A DNA stretch of 64,000 bases from Escherichia phage 55. Position numbers and translations under genes: made by a program. The stretch is from the sequence record OQ599310; one strand, 5' to 3'. This document shows, one piece after another, positions 20,655-36,245 of the stretch (position 1 is its first letter; each line of letters opens with the position of its first letter). Under the pieces are notes generated by a model. It did no database searches and had not been told where the DNA came from. It saw nothing but the letters and a program-made list of their open reading frames with translations.

Positions 20655-22225
20655 TAAAAATCCTCTTGTTCTTGGTCGGGGTCTTGGAAACGAGCCTCTT
20701 TCGACTCTTCTTCAATTTGCTTAGCCTCTTGTTCAATTTCCTCGTCAGACATCTGAAGAATATCTTTCATAGCTGTTCTGTGAGAAATATATTTACCAAT
20801 AAATGGTTCGGCCATCTGAAGCATATTAATGCGACGCTCCAGAATCTCAGCATCTTTTAATTCCGAGAAATAACTATCCCGATGAAATTTTATCTTAATA
20901 TTATTTATTTCATCATTCCACTCATCTTCTGTAATAATTCCTTTAAGAATTAAATTAGTTTTAAGCGGGTCTAGGAATATCTCTTCAAATTTATGTTGCA
21001 GCTCACGAATAAATTTACCAAATGACAATTCATCTCGTGTAATAGAAGTACCAGCATCAAACTGTATACCACCTTGGTCACTTGGAATACGGGTAATAGG
21101 AATACGTAAAGCCATATAAAGCGCATTACGGAACCAACGTACATCTTCCATATTTCCAGTATTATCTGCACCCGGTAATGTATCAACTTCTGTTACTGCT
21201 TTACCATCACGTCGTTGTAACCAATAATCTTCGGTCATCGACATAATATGCTGCTGGTTTTTAATCTTGCCTGTAGTGGCATCATATGCAATACGGTTTT
21301 TCATCGTATTCATAACATGTTGCATATGTTCTGCTGCTTTTCTTGAAGGCATATTACCTGTATCAACGTACCATACACGACGATCAGGAGCACGAGTAAT
21401 ACGATAAATTACGACGGCATCTTCAAGAAGTTTTAATTGGTTCGCCGGCTTAATAGCCCGATGCAAATAACCAATGATATTTTTACCACAACAATCAACT
21501 AAACCAGAATGGGCATAAACAATCGCGGCTTTAGGGATTTTTATTTTTGTGCCAGCTTCATATATGCGACCATCACAAGCATAAGATTCGTGTGATGTGT
21601 CATAAATGAAATATTCTTTATAACCCTTGACTATTTTAACACCGGCTTCAGTGGTTGTAATAACTTCACGGACATATTGAACTTGGCGTGGGTCTAAACG
21701 ACGAAGCTCTTTAATACCTTCTTTAGGGCGTTTAGGGTCAATAATTTTATGGAAGAAAATTCGAGAATCTACATACCAACGCCTAAAATGGTCTGAACCT
21801 TTACGTTGGAAAGATAAATGATTCAACACTTCGTTAAATTCATCCAACATCATTGATTTTATATTTGGACTAAATTTTGTGTTGTCTAAATTTATAGAAA
21901 CGACTTCTGTATCATCTTCATATACGATAGCATCAGAAACTATTTCAGAGACCGCGTTATCCACTTCATAGTTCGTCATCAAATTTCGATACGTATCGAT
22001 TAATTCACGGGTTGATTTGAGCCCTGGTTCTTGGCTACCGAACATTCTCTGAAACATAGCATTATATGTTTGCTGTGCTTCATTTTCAGATACTTCGTAT
22101 TCTTTAGCACCATCGTCTAATTTTGGTGTGGTGATAGATTCTAAATTTTCTTTTTCTTGGTCTTTGTAATCACGTTCGTCCATTTTTGCCCATGGAGCAA
22201 ACAAACTTAAGATATTAAATTTCAT
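20654..22225 (-). CDS. 20: portal vertex protein gp20
   Basis: 524 aa from [14 protein letters not shown] (matches T4); ORF track start 22237 is a 4-codon extension. Confidence 0.95.
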   Translation of the reverse strand: MKFNILSLFAPWAKMDERDYKDQEKENLESITTPKLDDGAKEYEVSENEAQQTYNAMFQRMFGSQEPGLKSTRELIDTYRNLMTNYEVDNAVSEIVSDAIVYEDDTEVVSINLDNTKFSPNIKSMMLDEFNEVLNHLSFQRKGSDHFRRWYVDSRIFFHKIIDPKRPKEGIKELRRLDPRQVQYVREVITTTEAGVKIVKGYKEYFIYDTSHESYACDGRIYEAGTKIKIPKAAIVYAHSGLVDCCGKNIIGYLHRAIKPANQLKLLEDAVVIYRITRAPDRRVWYVDTGNMPSRKAAEHMQHVMNTMKNRIAYDATTGKIKNQQHIMSMTEDYWLQRRDGKAVTEVDTLPGADNTGNMEDVRWFRNALYMALRIPITRIPSDQGGIQFDAGTSITRDELSFGKFIRELQHKFEEIFLDPLKTNLILKGIITEDEWNDEINNIKIKFHRDSYFSELKDAEILERRINMLQMAEPFIGKYISHRTAMKDILQMSDEEIEQEAKQIEEESKEARFQDPDQEQEDF

Positions 22226-22253
22226 TGTATTCTCCAAATGGGAATTATAGTTA

Positions 22254-22261
22254 TATTTATA
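22254..22261 (-). promoter_or_regulatory. late promoter for gene 20
   Basis: TATAAATA on minus strand ~30 nt upstream of start. Confidence 0.65.
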
Positions 22262-22309
22262 TGGACTTCTCCGTCATCACGGGAAGCTGGGGATTTCTCC
22301 CCAACCGGA

Positions 22310-22801
22310 TTATTCCCACCAATCAAGAGCAAGAGTTACTTCGAACGTTTCAATCTCGTTATTCGAATCCCAATCAAGAGATACTTCACCAACGTTAGTA
22401 GGCCACAAGCCGACAATTTCAACTTCTTTAGTGACCGTTTTAGCATCACGAGCAAATTGACGAACGATAGCAGTCTTTTTATATTCAGCAGGTTTACCAC
22501 CGGTAATTTCATTACCTTGACCTGCTGCAATACCTTGCCAATCAACAAATTTCTGACGAATGCTATGGGCATCATCGTTCATTACTGTAATAGTCCAATC
22601 ATCGAATGTACGGTCACCAGCCACGTTAATTTTACGGTTCATATAAGAAACAGGAACCTTTTCAACGATCGCAGCAGGAAGAGCCGTAGCACGACACTGG
22701 AAGCTAAAGTTTTGCCCAAGATAAGAGATTTCTACTTCGAACAGGTTAGGGCGAGCGAAATCACCAGATTCGAAGGCGCGAGTTACGTCATCTACAAACA
22801 T
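22310..22801 (-). CDS. 19: tail tube protein gp19
   Basis: 163 aa as T4 gp19; synteny. Confidence 0.9.
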   Translation of the reverse strand: MFVDDVTRAFESGDFARPNLFEVEISYLGQNFSFQCRATALPAAIVEKVPVSYMNRKINVAGDRTFDDWTITVMNDDAHSIRQKFVDWQGIAAGQGNEITGGKPAEYKKTAIVRQFARDAKTVTKEVEIVGLWPTNVGEVSLDWDSNNEIETFEVTLALDWWE

Positions 22802-22872
22802 ATTAGCCTCTGTAGTAATATGGGCTTAGGATTAACCGGATGCCCATAGAATTAATTTTTAAACGATATAGT

Positions 22873-22880
22873 ATATTTAT
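22873..22880 (-). promoter_or_regulatory. late promoter for gene 19, preceded by hairpin 22881-22900
   Basis: TATAAATA on minus strand next to TGGGCTAccgaaaTAGCCCA stem-loop. Confidence 0.55.
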
Positions 22881-22913
22881 ATGGGCTACCGAAATAGCCC
22901 ATCAGGCGTCTTA

Positions 22914-24896
22914 TTAACCACCTACAGCACCAATCAGTTCGTCGAAATCGGCACCAGTTGCTGTTGCTACAAAGTTCAACGTAATATAATTTATCGAGCG
23001 GGCAGGTTGTAAGTAGAAAGTAGCTACAAATTCATTACGGTCGATAACTGCTGGGGTGTTATTGGTAGTATCACAAACAACTTTAAAGTTATATACACCA
23101 CCGAGAGCTTTAATACCCTGTAGATATTGAGAAGTCTCTGTACGGAAAGAAGAACGGGTAAATGCGTTGTTCAATTCAAACAGGCGATATTTAGATGCTG
23201 AACCAATGTTCGTTTTAACCATATTGAACAAACGACGAACGTTAATACGGTCAAATGGTGAAGGAACAGAAGTGGCAGTTTTATCACCGTACAGAACATA
23301 CCCATCACCACCGGTACCAGTAACAGGGTTAATAGCTTCCTGATACAAACGATCACGTTGTGCTTGGCGAGTTTCAATTGCAAGCTTAATAACGTTAAGA
23401 ATTTGTCCACGGTTATAACCGGCAGGAGACATCCAAGGCTGAGAAATATTGTCTGTACGAGCACAAAGACCAGCGATATCAGCGGCTAATGGAACCCAAC
23501 GATTCACATCATTATATTTGTCGTATTGATATTTATAGTTACCGTCAATAGCAGCATAAGTAGAACTTACATTAAAGTTATTATCAGTGTAAGTTCCTGA
23601 CGCAGTACGCCAATCAACCAGATTATCAACTGCACGATTAACAGGAATACCGACTATAGTTGCACGTGGCGGTGAGCAAAGAACCAAGCAATCTTGGCGA
23701 GAATCACCAATTGCTACAACATGTTTCTGAACTGTAGAAGCAACTTCTAAAGATTCACCTGCACAAGAACCTGCAATAAACAACTGCGCATTAACAGATT
23801 CGCGGTCAGCAAACAAATCCCAAGCTTCCATTAAATCACCAGCGTCAACCGTTTCATTAGATGATAAACCACCGCCCAGTTTGATTACGCCAGAGAAACC
23901 TTTTGGCCAACCTTGTGCAGTAGCGAAAATATAATTGCTTGCGCCTTTAGCAAAGAAATCATCAATAAAGATATTACTACCATAAATATCGCGTTCACCG
24001 CGTTTAGTAGAAAGAACTACACTCTGGACTACAGCATCGTTACGACGAACGATAATTGCGTATTGGTCATCAGTTTGTGGGCCATACCCAAATATTGCTT
24101 TAGCTGTAGATGCGCGAGTACCACCATCAGGATAAATTTTTAACTGGGCTGAAGCACCTTTGTCATAGTCTGCTTTAGATACGATTTCAATTTCGAGCTG
24201 GTCGCCAAGTTCACCAGGATAAAGAGCAACTACGCCTGGGACACCATATTTTTTAATAGATTCTTGGAAAGTTAGAGAAGTAATAGCTTCTTCAGAAGTT
24301 TCAACTTCAGTTAACAGAATGCCCGAATCGGTTACGATAGAACCAATTGTAATAACGCCAGAAAGTCCAGAAGAAGAACTGGCAACTTCGGCGGTCCAGT
24401 TAGAACCCAATGCCGGATATTCGTTAATTTCTTTTGCACGAGCAATAATTTTACCGGTCGGGATATAAATGTTAAGAATTTTACCATCGACATCAACTGA
24501 AGTGACATAACCATCTGCTTCAACAGTTTCGGTCAAATACTTAACGATAATTTTATCACCAACTGCATAGTTACTGCCGGCAGCAGAGATTGTGAATTCA
24601 ATATTGCCTGCTACAGGAGATGAGTTCTTAGCAGTATCACGATCAACTGCACGCACAACGCGAAGGTCATTACCATATTGAAGGAAGTTCATAGCAGACA
24701 TGAAATAATCTGCTGTATCCGTATTAGGAGTACCAAACATATCAACTAATGCAACTTCATCAGTGATTTGTTTAATCTGGAATGCAGGTCCCCATTGGAA
24801 TTTTCCAGCCAGGGCAGCAGTACCAGTGGAGTTATTAACTACAGTACTCTGTACGGTAGTTTCTTTGAGCTCAACGCCCGGAGAGAGAAGTGACAT
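22914..24896 (-). CDS. 18: tail sheath protein gp18
   Basis: 660 aa; synteny; late promoter upstream. Confidence 0.92.
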   Translation of the reverse strand: MSLLSPGVELKETTVQSTVVNNSTGTAALAGKFQWGPAFQIKQITDEVALVDMFGTPNTDTADYFMSAMNFLQYGNDLRVVRAVDRDTAKNSSPVAGNIEFTISAAGSNYAVGDKIIVKYLTETVEADGYVTSVDVDGKILNIYIPTGKIIARAKEINEYPALGSNWTAEVASSSSGLSGVITIGSIVTDSGILLTEVETSEEAITSLTFQESIKKYGVPGVVALYPGELGDQLEIEIVSKADYDKGASAQLKIYPDGGTRASTAKAIFGYGPQTDDQYAIIVRRNDAVVQSVVLSTKRGERDIYGSNIFIDDFFAKGASNYIFATAQGWPKGFSGVIKLGGGLSSNETVDAGDLMEAWDLFADRESVNAQLFIAGSCAGESLEVASTVQKHVVAIGDSRQDCLVLCSPPRATIVGIPVNRAVDNLVDWRTASGTYTDNNFNVSSTYAAIDGNYKYQYDKYNDVNRWVPLAADIAGLCARTDNISQPWMSPAGYNRGQILNVIKLAIETRQAQRDRLYQEAINPVTGTGGDGYVLYGDKTATSVPSPFDRINVRRLFNMVKTNIGSASKYRLFELNNAFTRSSFRTETSQYLQGIKALGGVYNFKVVCDTTNNTPAVIDRNEFVATFYLQPARSINYITLNFVATATGADFDELIGAVGG

Positions 24897-24923
24897 TTTA
24901 ATTCCTCTTAATTTGCTTTATTT

Positions 24924-27249
<2,326 letters not shown>

Positions 27250-28071
27250 TTATTGTTTTCTAGGACCAGGAGGGGTTGGTGGAGTCGGGATTGGAATATC
27301 ATGAGTATAAGTTTGTTCAACTTCACCATTCCAATCTTGTGCTTCAACGTCTCTCGGTTTAATTTCTGTATCAACTGATTCAAAAACGCTGGCGGCTGTT
27401 TGAAGGTCTCGTTCATTAGCATGAAAATCAAGATAAGTCGTTTTAATAAGGCCTTCAGCTGCGCCTACCGGAGGATACATCCATCCATTTACTTCAAATG
27501 TTAATGACCACTCTAAACGTCGACGGGATAAATTATCACCGTCTATTTGTTCATCCATTGCTGCGGCCATCCATACGACTTTAATATCCCTTTCAAATGG
27601 AATATCCTGTCCATATTGCTCAATCATAGTCGTATTAAAATGCGGCTGAAAATATGGAATAATTTGCTCAACGATTTGGAACATATCATCTTCATAACGA
27701 GTAAAGATGCTCAGTTCAAAAATCATTTTAATTGGTGATGGGTTGTATTGGTCTACAATATCCTTAGTCGATTTACTCAAAAGAGAGTTATTCAATATAT
27801 TCGTTTTAAACGTTGGGTTATAAACGAAATCTACCATTTGGAGATTTATACGTGGTAGAATAGTTTCGACTTTAGCCACATCTTCTTGTGAGTTTATAGA
27901 GGTCCATTTATTAAGTTTCATCATAAAGTGCTCTTTAGATGCATACGTAATAGGAACCCTAATTAATTTATTGCCTGTAGACAATTGACGGTTAACTTGG
28001 ATATTTGAAAACAAATCGCCCATCATTGTGATATATCGCCTGAACGACGAGTTGTAAAAATAGCCAAACAT
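27250..28071 (-). CDS. 15: tail sheath stabilizer / tail completion gp15
   Basis: FGYFYNSSFRRY N-terminus matches T4 gp15; second Met used. Confidence 0.9.
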   Translation of the reverse strand: MFGYFYNSSFRRYITMMGDLFSNIQVNRQLSTGNKLIRVPITYASKEHFMMKLNKWTSINSQEDVAKVETILPRINLQMVDFVYNPTFKTNILNNSLLSKSTKDIVDQYNPSPIKMIFELSIFTRYEDDMFQIVEQIIPYFQPHFNTTMIEQYGQDIPFERDIKVVWMAAAMDEQIDGDNLSRRRLEWSLTFEVNGWMYPPVGAAEGLIKTTYLDFHANERDLQTAASVFESVDTEIKPRDVEAQDWNGEVEQTYTHDIPIPTPPTPPGPRKQ

Positions 28072-28123
28072 CATTTCTCCTAACCGGCCTTTCGACCGGT
28101 GTTTGCTTTATCTTATCTATTTA

Positions 28124-28888
28124 TTAATTCATAAACCCATCGTCAAACGGTGAATTTTGTCTACCACGGTTGTTAACTACTACGTATGGTTCAACGTATT
28201 CACTTGCCTCTGAATTGATTTGCTCAACTTCAGAATATTCATCGATATTAATGTCATGGATACCGTCAAGATTTCTAACAGGGTTAAGTTCCAAGTCACT
28301 AAATTCAGGTATATTGATACCTTCATTTTTCTGAAGCACCGGATTGATTTCTTCGCCAGAGTAAATAAACTTGCCTGCAGTAATTTTACGAATCGCATTT
28401 TTACCTACTTGATAGAATGGGTCATATGGTTCAACCCAGTTAATCTCAAACAAACTGTTATCCATTGGGAAGTATATTAAATCACCTTCCTTGGGCTCCT
28501 GATTGTCGACCTGGTGTTTGAAAAGACCCGGGTTAATAGATAATGTAACTTCGTCTTGAACTTGCATTCCGAAGTTGCTGAAGAACGATTTCGCTCCTTC
28601 ATAACCTTCAAAAGAGTTCAGATATGCAGCAAATTTCCATGCTTTAGTAAATTTATTTTTAAGGTCCTCACCAAAGATAAGGTCCACGGCAACATATTCA
28701 CGTGGAACATAAAAACATTCAATACCGCGCATCTGTATGCTTTCTGCCACTAGAACATCGGCTAATGTCTGACTATTCTCATAATTATTAAAATTGACAA
28801 ATGGATTGAGGATTTCAGTCTCATTTGTCTGAGAATACCCACCACGATTTTCTAGTTTAGCGAAAAGATTTTTATCATAAGTTGCCAT
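28124..28888 (-). CDS. 14: neck protein gp14
   Basis: 254 aa; synteny. Confidence 0.85.
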   Translation of the reverse strand: MATYDKNLFAKLENRGGYSQTNETEILNPFVNFNNYENSQTLADVLVAESIQMRGIECFYVPREYVAVDLIFGEDLKNKFTKAWKFAAYLNSFEGYEGAKSFFSNFGMQVQDEVTLSINPGLFKHQVDNQEPKEGDLIYFPMDNSLFEINWVEPYDPFYQVGKNAIRKITAGKFIYSGEEINPVLQKNEGINIPEFSDLELNPVRNLDGIHDINIDEYSEVEQINSEASEYVEPYVVVNNRGRQNSPFDDGFMN

Positions 28889-28889
28889 A

Positions 28890-29816
28890 TTAACCTACCA
28901 AAATACCTGCAGGAGGGTCCAGTAAATATAACTCTTCTCGTAAAGCTTCTTTCTCTAAACGAGCTTCTTCAATTAATCGAACACCATCAACAGTGACGCC
29001 ACCAGGTAACATCATACCTTGATGTTTAGCAAGAATTTGTCCATTAAGCTCTTTAGCTAATGCAGTCGCATAATCTTTAACCCAGCGGTTGTTATATGCG
29101 CCTTGTTTAGTTGCAGGATCTTCACCGACTCGTCGTCCGACCAAATTATGGTCTGGGTTGTCATAACGTTCAGAAAGAGACCATGAATCACGAGGACCGA
29201 CCTGACCGTACCCTACTGTATTTCCTACCATCTTATGGGTCTCGATATAAGAGCGAACATACGATTCAACGATAATGACATCTTTCTGTCTAAAGTTACC
29301 CATTACTTTTAATTGCTCGTTTGCAGAGTTAAACCAAAAATCTGGAAGAGGAGCAATCATATCTTGAAGCATACCCATATAAGATACTAATTGAGAATAA
29401 TACCCGAGGTCAGCGCCAAAAGCGTTCGGGCCGTAGAATTTACCACAATTACTACCCATACCACCTGAAACACCAGCCATTCCTAAAAGGAAATCGGTGA
29501 ACCATGGATAAGTTGCATTACCATCCATTGAAGTAATAGAGCCAACATTTGTTCTTATAATTCTTGTTACGGCAAATACGTTAGAACCACGCATATCAAA
29601 TACGCCGTGACGGTATTTTTCTTCGTCATCAACAAAAAATACATGGAAACCTTTATTCAACCCGTCAAAATGGTATTCGCCATAAAGTTCTAACGCTCGT
29701 GAAATACAATCATAAATTTGGTCTGTAGTTAATTCAACATTTACAATAGGAGCGCCTAAACGACGTAATATTACGTCCTTTAATTCTTTAGGGTTTTGTG
29801 CATTATAACCTGACAT
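28890..29816 (-). CDS. 13: neck protein gp13
   Basis: 308 aa; synteny. Confidence 0.85.
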   Translation of the reverse strand: MSGYNAQNPKELKDVILRRLGAPIVNVELTTDQIYDCISRALELYGEYHFDGLNKGFHVFFVDDEEKYRHGVFDMRGSNVFAVTRIIRTNVGSITSMDGNATYPWFTDFLLGMAGVSGGMGSNCGKFYGPNAFGADLGYYSQLVSYMGMLQDMIAPLPDFWFNSANEQLKVMGNFRQKDVIIVESYVRSYIETHKMVGNTVGYGQVGPRDSWSLSERYDNPDHNLVGRRVGEDPATKQGAYNNRWVKDYATALAKELNGQILAKHQGMMLPGGVTVDGVRLIEEARLEKEALREELYLLDPPAGILVG

Positions 29817-29848
29817 ATAAATCCTTTAGGGCCCGAAGGCCCTTTTCA

Positions 29849-31297
29849 TTAAGCTGTAGGAAGTTCAACCCATGCACCATCTTTGCGAACATAGAATTTA
29901 CCGTCTGAAGGAGCATCTTCAATATATCCAGTGTCCTTAAGAGTTTGGATTTCAGCTTCTGCAGCGGCCAAATCAGTTTCAAGAGTAGCAATTCTAGAAG
30001 TTAAACCATTAATTGTCGTATCATGACTTTTAACTGTAGGCAATATACCGCGTTCTTCAACAGTCGAACCATTTGGGTTGGTGCCATTTATAAGAGTATT
30101 TAATGTGTTTACAGAACCCTTAATTCCTGTGCTATTAGTCCCAACATCAGTTTGAATGTTCTGAATGTCATTACTCATCCCACTGATAGTTCCTTCAAGC
30201 TCTCGAGTACGATAAAGCAAAGAGCCGTCTGGTTCTGGTTTACCGCCTGAAGCGTCAACACCAACTACGTTATTTAACCATGACACATTAAAACGCAGTC
30301 CTGACGAAGAATCAGAGCCGACAACAGTGTTCAATGCTCCGATAGCATCAGTATTGAGTTTAATACGTCCTTGGATTGTAGTAGGCAAATCATCAGCGCC
30401 AATGGCAGTTTCTACTGTAGTCAAACGAGGTTTAATACCACCTGATTGATTGAGCTCAAGATTAATGTCGTTTATTGCTGAACTATTCGCATTAGTTGTA
30501 GTAATAATAGAAGTCGTATTAGGATACCCAATAGACTGTTTAATGCCATCCAAGTCAGCATTTTGACGCGACAAAGTTAAATCAATACCGGAAAGACGAC
30601 TAAACACCGGAGTAGTGAAAGAAGTACGAGGGCCCATTTCTTCGCGCAAGTGTTCAACTTCAATAGTTAAAGAGCCGACGTCAGAATCAGCAAATTTAGT
30701 TTCTAAATCAGTTAATCGAACACCGTGGTCAACAATTACGGAGCTATTAGTCATAATACGGCGTTTCATACCAGTGCTATCATTTCCTGGAGTAGGAACC
30801 CCATTAATATCTTGGCCAGTATATTGTCCTAATTCGTTTTTAATCCAAAGCAGGTCGTTACGAACCGTTCTATAAACTGAATCTGTTTCCTGATTATAAA
30901 CACCAATATCATCAGTATTCGCATCGATATGTTCATTCAAATCATTCAATTCACTAGCATGGGTTTGAACTGTGACTTTAATGACATCAATATCTTGGGT
31001 GTTCTGGCCTATCTGTGCAAGAGCATCAACATCCCCAGAAACATCTAAAATACCTTGAATAACTTTAATATCTTCATTGGCCGTATTCAAAGAAGATGCT
31101 ATAGTTTTAATATTAACATCTAACGCTTCTACGTTACGTTGAACTTCAACAATAGGACGGTTCATTACACCTTCAGAACCGTATTTTGTGTCAGCACCTG
31201 TTATTTCTTCATCGTTTTTAATCCATTCAATACGACTCTGACCCGCGTCTGGCGGGCCGTCAACATATGGTAAATCTACCAGAGTTATATCAGCCAT
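29849..31297 (-). CDS. wac: fibritin (whisker antigen control)
   Basis: 482 aa coiled coil; C-terminal foldon GYIEDAPSDGKFYVRKDGAWVEL. Confidence 0.9.
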   Translation of the reverse strand: MADITLVDLPYVDGPPDAGQSRIEWIKNDEEITGADTKYGSEGVMNRPIVEVQRNVEALDVNIKTIASSLNTANEDIKVIQGILDVSGDVDALAQIGQNTQDIDVIKVTVQTHASELNDLNEHIDANTDDIGVYNQETDSVYRTVRNDLLWIKNELGQYTGQDINGVPTPGNDSTGMKRRIMTNSSVIVDHGVRLTDLETKFADSDVGSLTIEVEHLREEMGPRTSFTTPVFSRLSGIDLTLSRQNADLDGIKQSIGYPNTTSIITTTNANSSAINDINLELNQSGGIKPRLTTVETAIGADDLPTTIQGRIKLNTDAIGALNTVVGSDSSSGLRFNVSWLNNVVGVDASGGKPEPDGSLLYRTRELEGTISGMSNDIQNIQTDVGTNSTGIKGSVNTLNTLINGTNPNGSTVEERGILPTVKSHDTTINGLTSRIATLETDLAAAEAEIQTLKDTGYIEDAPSDGKFYVRKDGAWVELPTA

Positions 31298-32880
31298 TAT
31301 TTTACCTTAATGATATAGTTTAAAGAAATATTCCATGGACGAGTTTCATTTCCAATTAATTCTGGACGATTCATGGTATATCTAGAGTTACGCTGAGACG
31401 CTGGATCAATTTCATATCCATCGTTAGTAAAATATGAACGGTTATCCCAGTCAAGTCCTTTACGAGTACCAACAAAGTTTGAACGACGAGTATTACCAAA
31501 TGCACCGGAATCATCATGTTCGCCAAAACCACCAGCATGCTTATGATATGACATCTGTTGTTTTTGCACTTCACCGACATATCCACCAGTACAACCTACC
31601 GCCAGACGAGGCTTACCGAATTGGTCATTACCATTAACATTAGGGTTAGTTAAATGGTTACCACGACCTGAGCCGCGAACAAATAATCCACGCATATCAG
31701 GCAAGCCTGGGTTAGAAGAGCTACCACCATATCGTGTCCCAATTCTGGAAGCATATACCGGACATTCTGAAGCAGAAACGGTCCCACCATGACAGAAGCG
31801 CCAGTCAGAACTCGGTAAACTATCTGCTGCCCACATTGTAATAGCACCGACTGGAAGAATTCGGTCTAATTCATTTTGAGTCACAATACGATTGCCTTGA
31901 ATATAACCGCCGGTCATATTGACATTACCCGTTATATTAGCGCCACCAGAACCAACCGTCAACGTATTATTAATGCGAAGCGTGCCATTAATAGTTTGTC
32001 CGCCTCGTTGGTGGATAACATCAGCATTCCAAGCAAGGGCAGAAGAACCATCACCACCTGATTGGTTACCCGCTTGTGTAGTTAAACGAACAACTCCACG
32101 TAAAGAAGTTGTAGCCCCACGCCCGTTTAATGTTGCGCCGGTCACTACAACTGAAGAGTTGTTACTATTTACTTCAGTCTGTGTCCCTAGTTTAACGACA
32201 CCTTTATTAGTTTCTGATGCTACTGAATTCATAAAGGTATAAGGTGAAATTGCATAGCCTTCACGCAGGGTGCCTTGTTGTGCTTGAGCAACTGTAGCCA
32301 AACGAACAACACCGGTAATAGATTCGGTGGCGTCACCATTATTTGGAGCAATTTGCGAAATAAGTTTAATTGCTAATTGTTGCGTTTTTAACGGAGTCAT
32401 TGCCGTCGTATCGTCAGAACCGGCTAATGCCGCAGCAGAAGTTGAAATTTTAATTACGCCATTTGTTGCTTCTGTTGATACTTTTGTCTGGAATACATTG
32501 TCTATTTTTTGATTCAATTTAAGCGGAGTAATTGATGCATCGTCAATAGCTCCGGCTACTGCTTCATCTTCAGTAGCATAACGAGTTAAGCCATATTGAG
32601 TTTCGGTTGCATTAGGATATTGTAGACGAGCATTCAGTGTTGCCGGAGTAACAGCTTTATTATTATCTAATCCATCAATAACTTCTTGTGGAGTAGCTAT
32701 TTGAATAATTCCTGGTGTAGTAGTTGTTGCTTCCGGTACGCCATTAACACCTGAAGGAGAAATAGCAGCTAATGCGGCTTGGACATTAGTGACTGTATCT
32801 GGAAAATTCGACCCCGTAGGGTCGAATTCAACGTAAATGGATTCGTTTGAAACGTGTTGGTATGTATTGTTATTACTCAT
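31297..32880 (-). CDS. 12: short tail fiber gp12
   Basis: 527 aa as T4 gp12; synteny. Confidence 0.9.
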   Translation of the reverse strand: MSNNNTYQHVSNESIYVEFDPTGSNFPDTVTNVQAALAAISPSGVNGVPEATTTTPGIIQIATPQEVIDGLDNNKAVTPATLNARLQYPNATETQYGLTRYATEDEAVAGAIDDASITPLKLNQKIDNVFQTKVSTEATNGVIKISTSAAALAGSDDTTAMTPLKTQQLAIKLISQIAPNNGDATESITGVVRLATVAQAQQGTLREGYAISPYTFMNSVASETNKGVVKLGTQTEVNSNNSSVVVTGATLNGRGATTSLRGVVRLTTQAGNQSGGDGSSALAWNADVIHQRGGQTINGTLRINNTLTVGSGGANITGNVNMTGGYIQGNRIVTQNELDRILPVGAITMWAADSLPSSDWRFCHGGTVSASECPVYASRIGTRYGGSSSNPGLPDMRGLFVRGSGRGNHLTNPNVNGNDQFGKPRLAVGCTGGYVGEVQKQQMSYHKHAGGFGEHDDSGAFGNTRRSNFVGTRKGLDWDNRSYFTNDGYEIDPASQRNSRYTMNRPELIGNETRPWNISLNYIIKVK

Positions 32881-33536
32881 GAGGCTCTCACAAAGTGGTA
32901 GAAAACGGTAGGAGTATCATGGTTATCAAGAGTAACCGTTTGGGCACCCAATAAATTCCATGTTCCGTATCCGGATTTTGCTTCAGACAAAATTTCTTGC
33001 GAAATTGTTACACCAAACGAAGCATATGTTGGCAACACATGACGTTGGTTATCTAAATATGTCACCTGAAGTTTATTACCTTCGGATGGATGGTCTTTAT
33101 AAGAAGAAATAGCGATTTGATTAGCAATGGCTTCTTGTAAAGCTATACGAACTTGTGCAGTTAATTCGTTATCAGTCATACCTATTGTTGCTTTAACAGC
33201 AAGTCCAAATACGTTAATAACGACCGGCGTTCCAGGGGCCAAAGTATCGTCGAGAACATCACCAGAAAAAGTCCAATAATCAACTTGTGCTGTACCTTCA
33301 GGCGATATGCCTGAAGTGTTTGTGACAACAGTACCAATATCAGCTCGTGCCATGTTATGGACATCATTTATTGCAGATTCTACGTTAGCGTCATAAAAAC
33401 CGCGAGCTAACTGAGAAATAGTCACGGAACCTACAGCTTGGTTGTTTAAAACATCAATTTGAGCTGGATTTTTTCTGTAATTCAAAAAATCAGCATGGCG
33501 GGAAATAACTCCAGCCTTTGTATTAAGTACAGTCAT
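32877..33536 (-). CDS. 11: baseplate wedge / STF attachment gp11
   Basis: 219 aa from internal Met ([10 protein letters not shown] matches T4); start overlaps gene 10 stop. Confidence 0.85.
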   Translation of the reverse strand: MTVLNTKAGVISRHADFLNYRKNPAQIDVLNNQAVGSVTISQLARGFYDANVESAINDVHNMARADIGTVVTNTSGISPEGTAQVDYWTFSGDVLDDTLAPGTPVVINVFGLAVKATIGMTDNELTAQVRIALQEAIANQIAISSYKDHPSEGNKLQVTYLDNQRHVLPTYASFGVTISQEILSEAKSGYGTWNLLGAQTVTLDNHDTPTVFYHFVRAS

Positions 33537-35341
33537 TATGCAATCCTTACCCAACGGTATACAGTTATAGATGGCTGAATATTAGTTATAGAACGTGCTG
33601 GAACATGAGATCCGTTAGTCTTTGCATGGTCTTCACGATATTTAGTGTAAATAGGACCTTCTGCATCTGGGTCATATTGGCAACCGCCTATAATTACCGT
33701 ACCATTATCATCAGAAATAAGAACCTTTTCATCGGTTTGTGTAGCTGGTAAATCAGCGTTTTCTAATGTGATGGTTGTTACACCAACAGTACCACCTGCG
33801 GTATGAGTAGGGTTACCGTTGACGTCAAGGTCATTATTATTTAATGCAAAATTAGGATCGGATGCGTCGTCATTCCAACCTGCTAATACTTTGCCTTGCC
33901 CCCAAATTTTCCATGAACCAAAACCTAAATAAGTGGCCGGATTATTAGGGTTAACCGCATTTTCGTAAATAGTCCCGACAGGATAAATTGTATCAAATAT
34001 TGCTGAGATAGTCGAGAATTCACGTTCATACTTAGGAACAGGTTCTACATTAGGCCATCCAATTTTATCGAAATCTGTTAATGCAACGTCACCAGTAATT
34101 TCAATATTAGACCCTTGAGAAACATATTTCTCATCAGCGACATCAAGGATTTCTTCCATTTCAAGAAGAGTTCCTAAATCGTTATTAAACCATGTGATGG
34201 TAATAATGTCCTGGTCTTCAAATTGACGGTCAAACAGAATTGCGCTAGGGATATTATCAGTATATTCAATCGCATAATCTGTATATGATTGAGTCCATGT
34301 CCCACCGAGATTAGCGCATGACTCTTCAGAATCAGCATCCACACCTTCACAACGGAAAATAGGAGTTCCAACAGTACCAGCTAATTCTTGGAGAATACCG
34401 TTGAAGCGAACTTCTAATGAATTCGGGTTAGGTGGTTCTGTAGGATTAATACCAAATGCTGTAAATGGAATAGACCGGAATGTACTCAAATCAGTGACGT
34501 AAATACTTCCGTCAATAGACTTTTTAGCAGTCAATTTACTATCTAAAATGCGAACTTGGCGACGAGTATATGAACTACGCCACTGAGAAACCCCATCTAG
34601 GAATGTCTCAATTTGAACAGTGTCCCCAACATTACATGGTTGACGTAATCTAATATTAAATCCATCAAGTGCAACCAGTTCACCGGGATTAGCGCCTGGA
34701 GAACCAAAATCACTATTATCACTGAATACATCACCATAATACAATTCGTTGCCACGATGTTTTACGCGAATATTGTTAACGTTATAAGAGGTCCCGTTAA
34801 AAACATCCATGAAATCGGTCTGACCTTGGGTTTCAACCAGATATTCTCTACGAGCAACGTTACTAATGTCAGAGCTAACTATTTTATCAATTTGTTTGTT
34901 CTTGATGTATTCCCAACGTCCAGGAGCACAATAAACTAATTCTAAATCAGAGAACTGGACGTTAATTTCTACCGGAGATGAAGAACCTTTAATCGTGTCC
35001 CCGTTTGCCGGAATTAAAGTAACAGGGTTAATGTTCCAAGTTGCAAATACGTCACGAGCACGAATAACTTTATTATAGTCTGCAATTGTCCCTTTAGGAA
35101 GATTTACCGAAACTCGCCCAGAAGTAGTATTAATTGCATAAGATTTACCCCAAGCAGCCTTAAGATTAAGACCATCAGCCGCATCATAAGTCTTCCATGC
35201 GCCAGCGGCATAAGGAACTTCACCATCACCTAATTCATAATAGATTTCGTCAAAGTTCTCATTTATTTTTTCACCACCTCGACGAAGGTAATCGCCTTGT
35301 CCGTCATCAACGACGTTACCAATTTTAATATTTTGTTTCAT
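33536..35341 (-). CDS. 10: baseplate wedge gp10
   Basis: 601 aa; synteny. Confidence 0.9.
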   Translation of the reverse strand: MKQNIKIGNVVDDGQGDYLRRGGEKINENFDEIYYELGDGEVPYAAGAWKTYDAADGLNLKAAWGKSYAINTTSGRVSVNLPKGTIADYNKVIRARDVFATWNINPVTLIPANGDTIKGSSSPVEINVQFSDLELVYCAPGRWEYIKNKQIDKIVSSDISNVARREYLVETQGQTDFMDVFNGTSYNVNNIRVKHRGNELYYGDVFSDNSDFGSPGANPGELVALDGFNIRLRQPCNVGDTVQIETFLDGVSQWRSSYTRRQVRILDSKLTAKKSIDGSIYVTDLSTFRSIPFTAFGINPTEPPNPNSLEVRFNGILQELAGTVGTPIFRCEGVDADSEESCANLGGTWTQSYTDYAIEYTDNIPSAILFDRQFEDQDIITITWFNNDLGTLLEMEEILDVADEKYVSQGSNIEITGDVALTDFDKIGWPNVEPVPKYEREFSTISAIFDTIYPVGTIYENAVNPNNPATYLGFGSWKIWGQGKVLAGWNDDASDPNFALNNNDLDVNGNPTHTAGGTVGVTTITLENADLPATQTDEKVLISDDNGTVIIGGCQYDPDAEGPIYTKYREDHAKTNGSHVPARSITNIQPSITVYRWVRIA

Positions 35342-36213
35342 TATTGAGCGACCCCAATTTTCTGAGTTGAGATAATTTTAACTGCTGAACGTAATCCAAT
35401 AATATCGGATGTAATCGTCATAGTAGCAAAGTTGTTAATAATACTAAAGCTAATATTAGCAATCTCGTCGGTTTCATCTACATTACCAACTCGCATTACT
35501 GCAAATTCGGTAGAAAGAACTTCTGAGTTAATTGTATCTATTAGAATATTTATTTCGCATGTTTTTATTTTTCTACCATCAGCGGATTGACATGTAACAA
35601 GCAATTTAGCCATGTTATAATCCGTGCGATAAAACAGAGGAATAGAAACTGTGTTTCCTGTAAGACTCCAAGTCCCATCAACAGGAGATTCTTTCTGTCC
35701 AAACATGCTATCAGTAGAATAATTCCATACTGAAGTTGGCCCGTTAAGTTCAACACAACGAAGAACAACATGAGTATAAGGGGTGGAAATAACAAGATTA
35801 TTAAGAACACCTTTAATTGAACCGTCAGTTACTTGGATACTTAAAGGATTGTTAACAGAAATAGACCCATTAGAGTTTATGAATTCTACAGAGTCACCTA
35901 ATTCAGGACGGTCAATAATAACAATCACACCACCATCAGAAGCATCAATATCATGCATAGTGCCTGGTTTAATAGGAGTTTGATAATCGGCCGCCTTTCC
36001 TTTTTGATAATAACCTGTGGCATGAATAGTTTGACCTGTAGGTCCGGTTCCATCTGCTACGGCCATTTTACGTTGATCGCCAAATGCATTGTAAATAGCG
36101 TTGATATCGTCATTTATTTTATTACCACCGTCGAATAAGATATCACCTGTTGAGGCATTACCAATTTCGCCGGTATCGATTAATTGTTTAGGAGTTTGCT
36201 TAAAAAATGCCAT
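35341..36213 (-). CDS. 9: baseplate wedge / long tail fiber socket gp9
   Basis: 290 aa; late promoter 36246-36253. Confidence 0.88.
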   Translation of the reverse strand: MAFFKQTPKQLIDTGEIGNASTGDILFDGGNKINDDINAIYNAFGDQRKMAVADGTGPTGQTIHATGYYQKGKAADYQTPIKPGTMHDIDASDGGVIVIIDRPELGDSVEFINSNGSISVNNPLSIQVTDGSIKGVLNNLVISTPYTHVVLRCVELNGPTSVWNYSTDSMFGQKESPVDGTWSLTGNTVSIPLFYRTDYNMAKLLVTCQSADGRKIKTCEINILIDTINSEVLSTEFAVMRVGNVDETDEIANISFSIINNFATMTITSDIIGLRSAVKIISTQKIGVAQ

Positions 36214-36245
36214 AATTCTGCCTTTTGTTGTCCGATATTATATTC

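Noticed and set aside
29829-29846. Hairpin GGGCC cgaa GGCCC between wac and gene 13 (similar ones at 10112-10126 and 28083-28100)
   Set aside because: The T-run is on the non-transcribed strand for these minus-strand genes; likely an RNA stability or processing element rather than a terminator.
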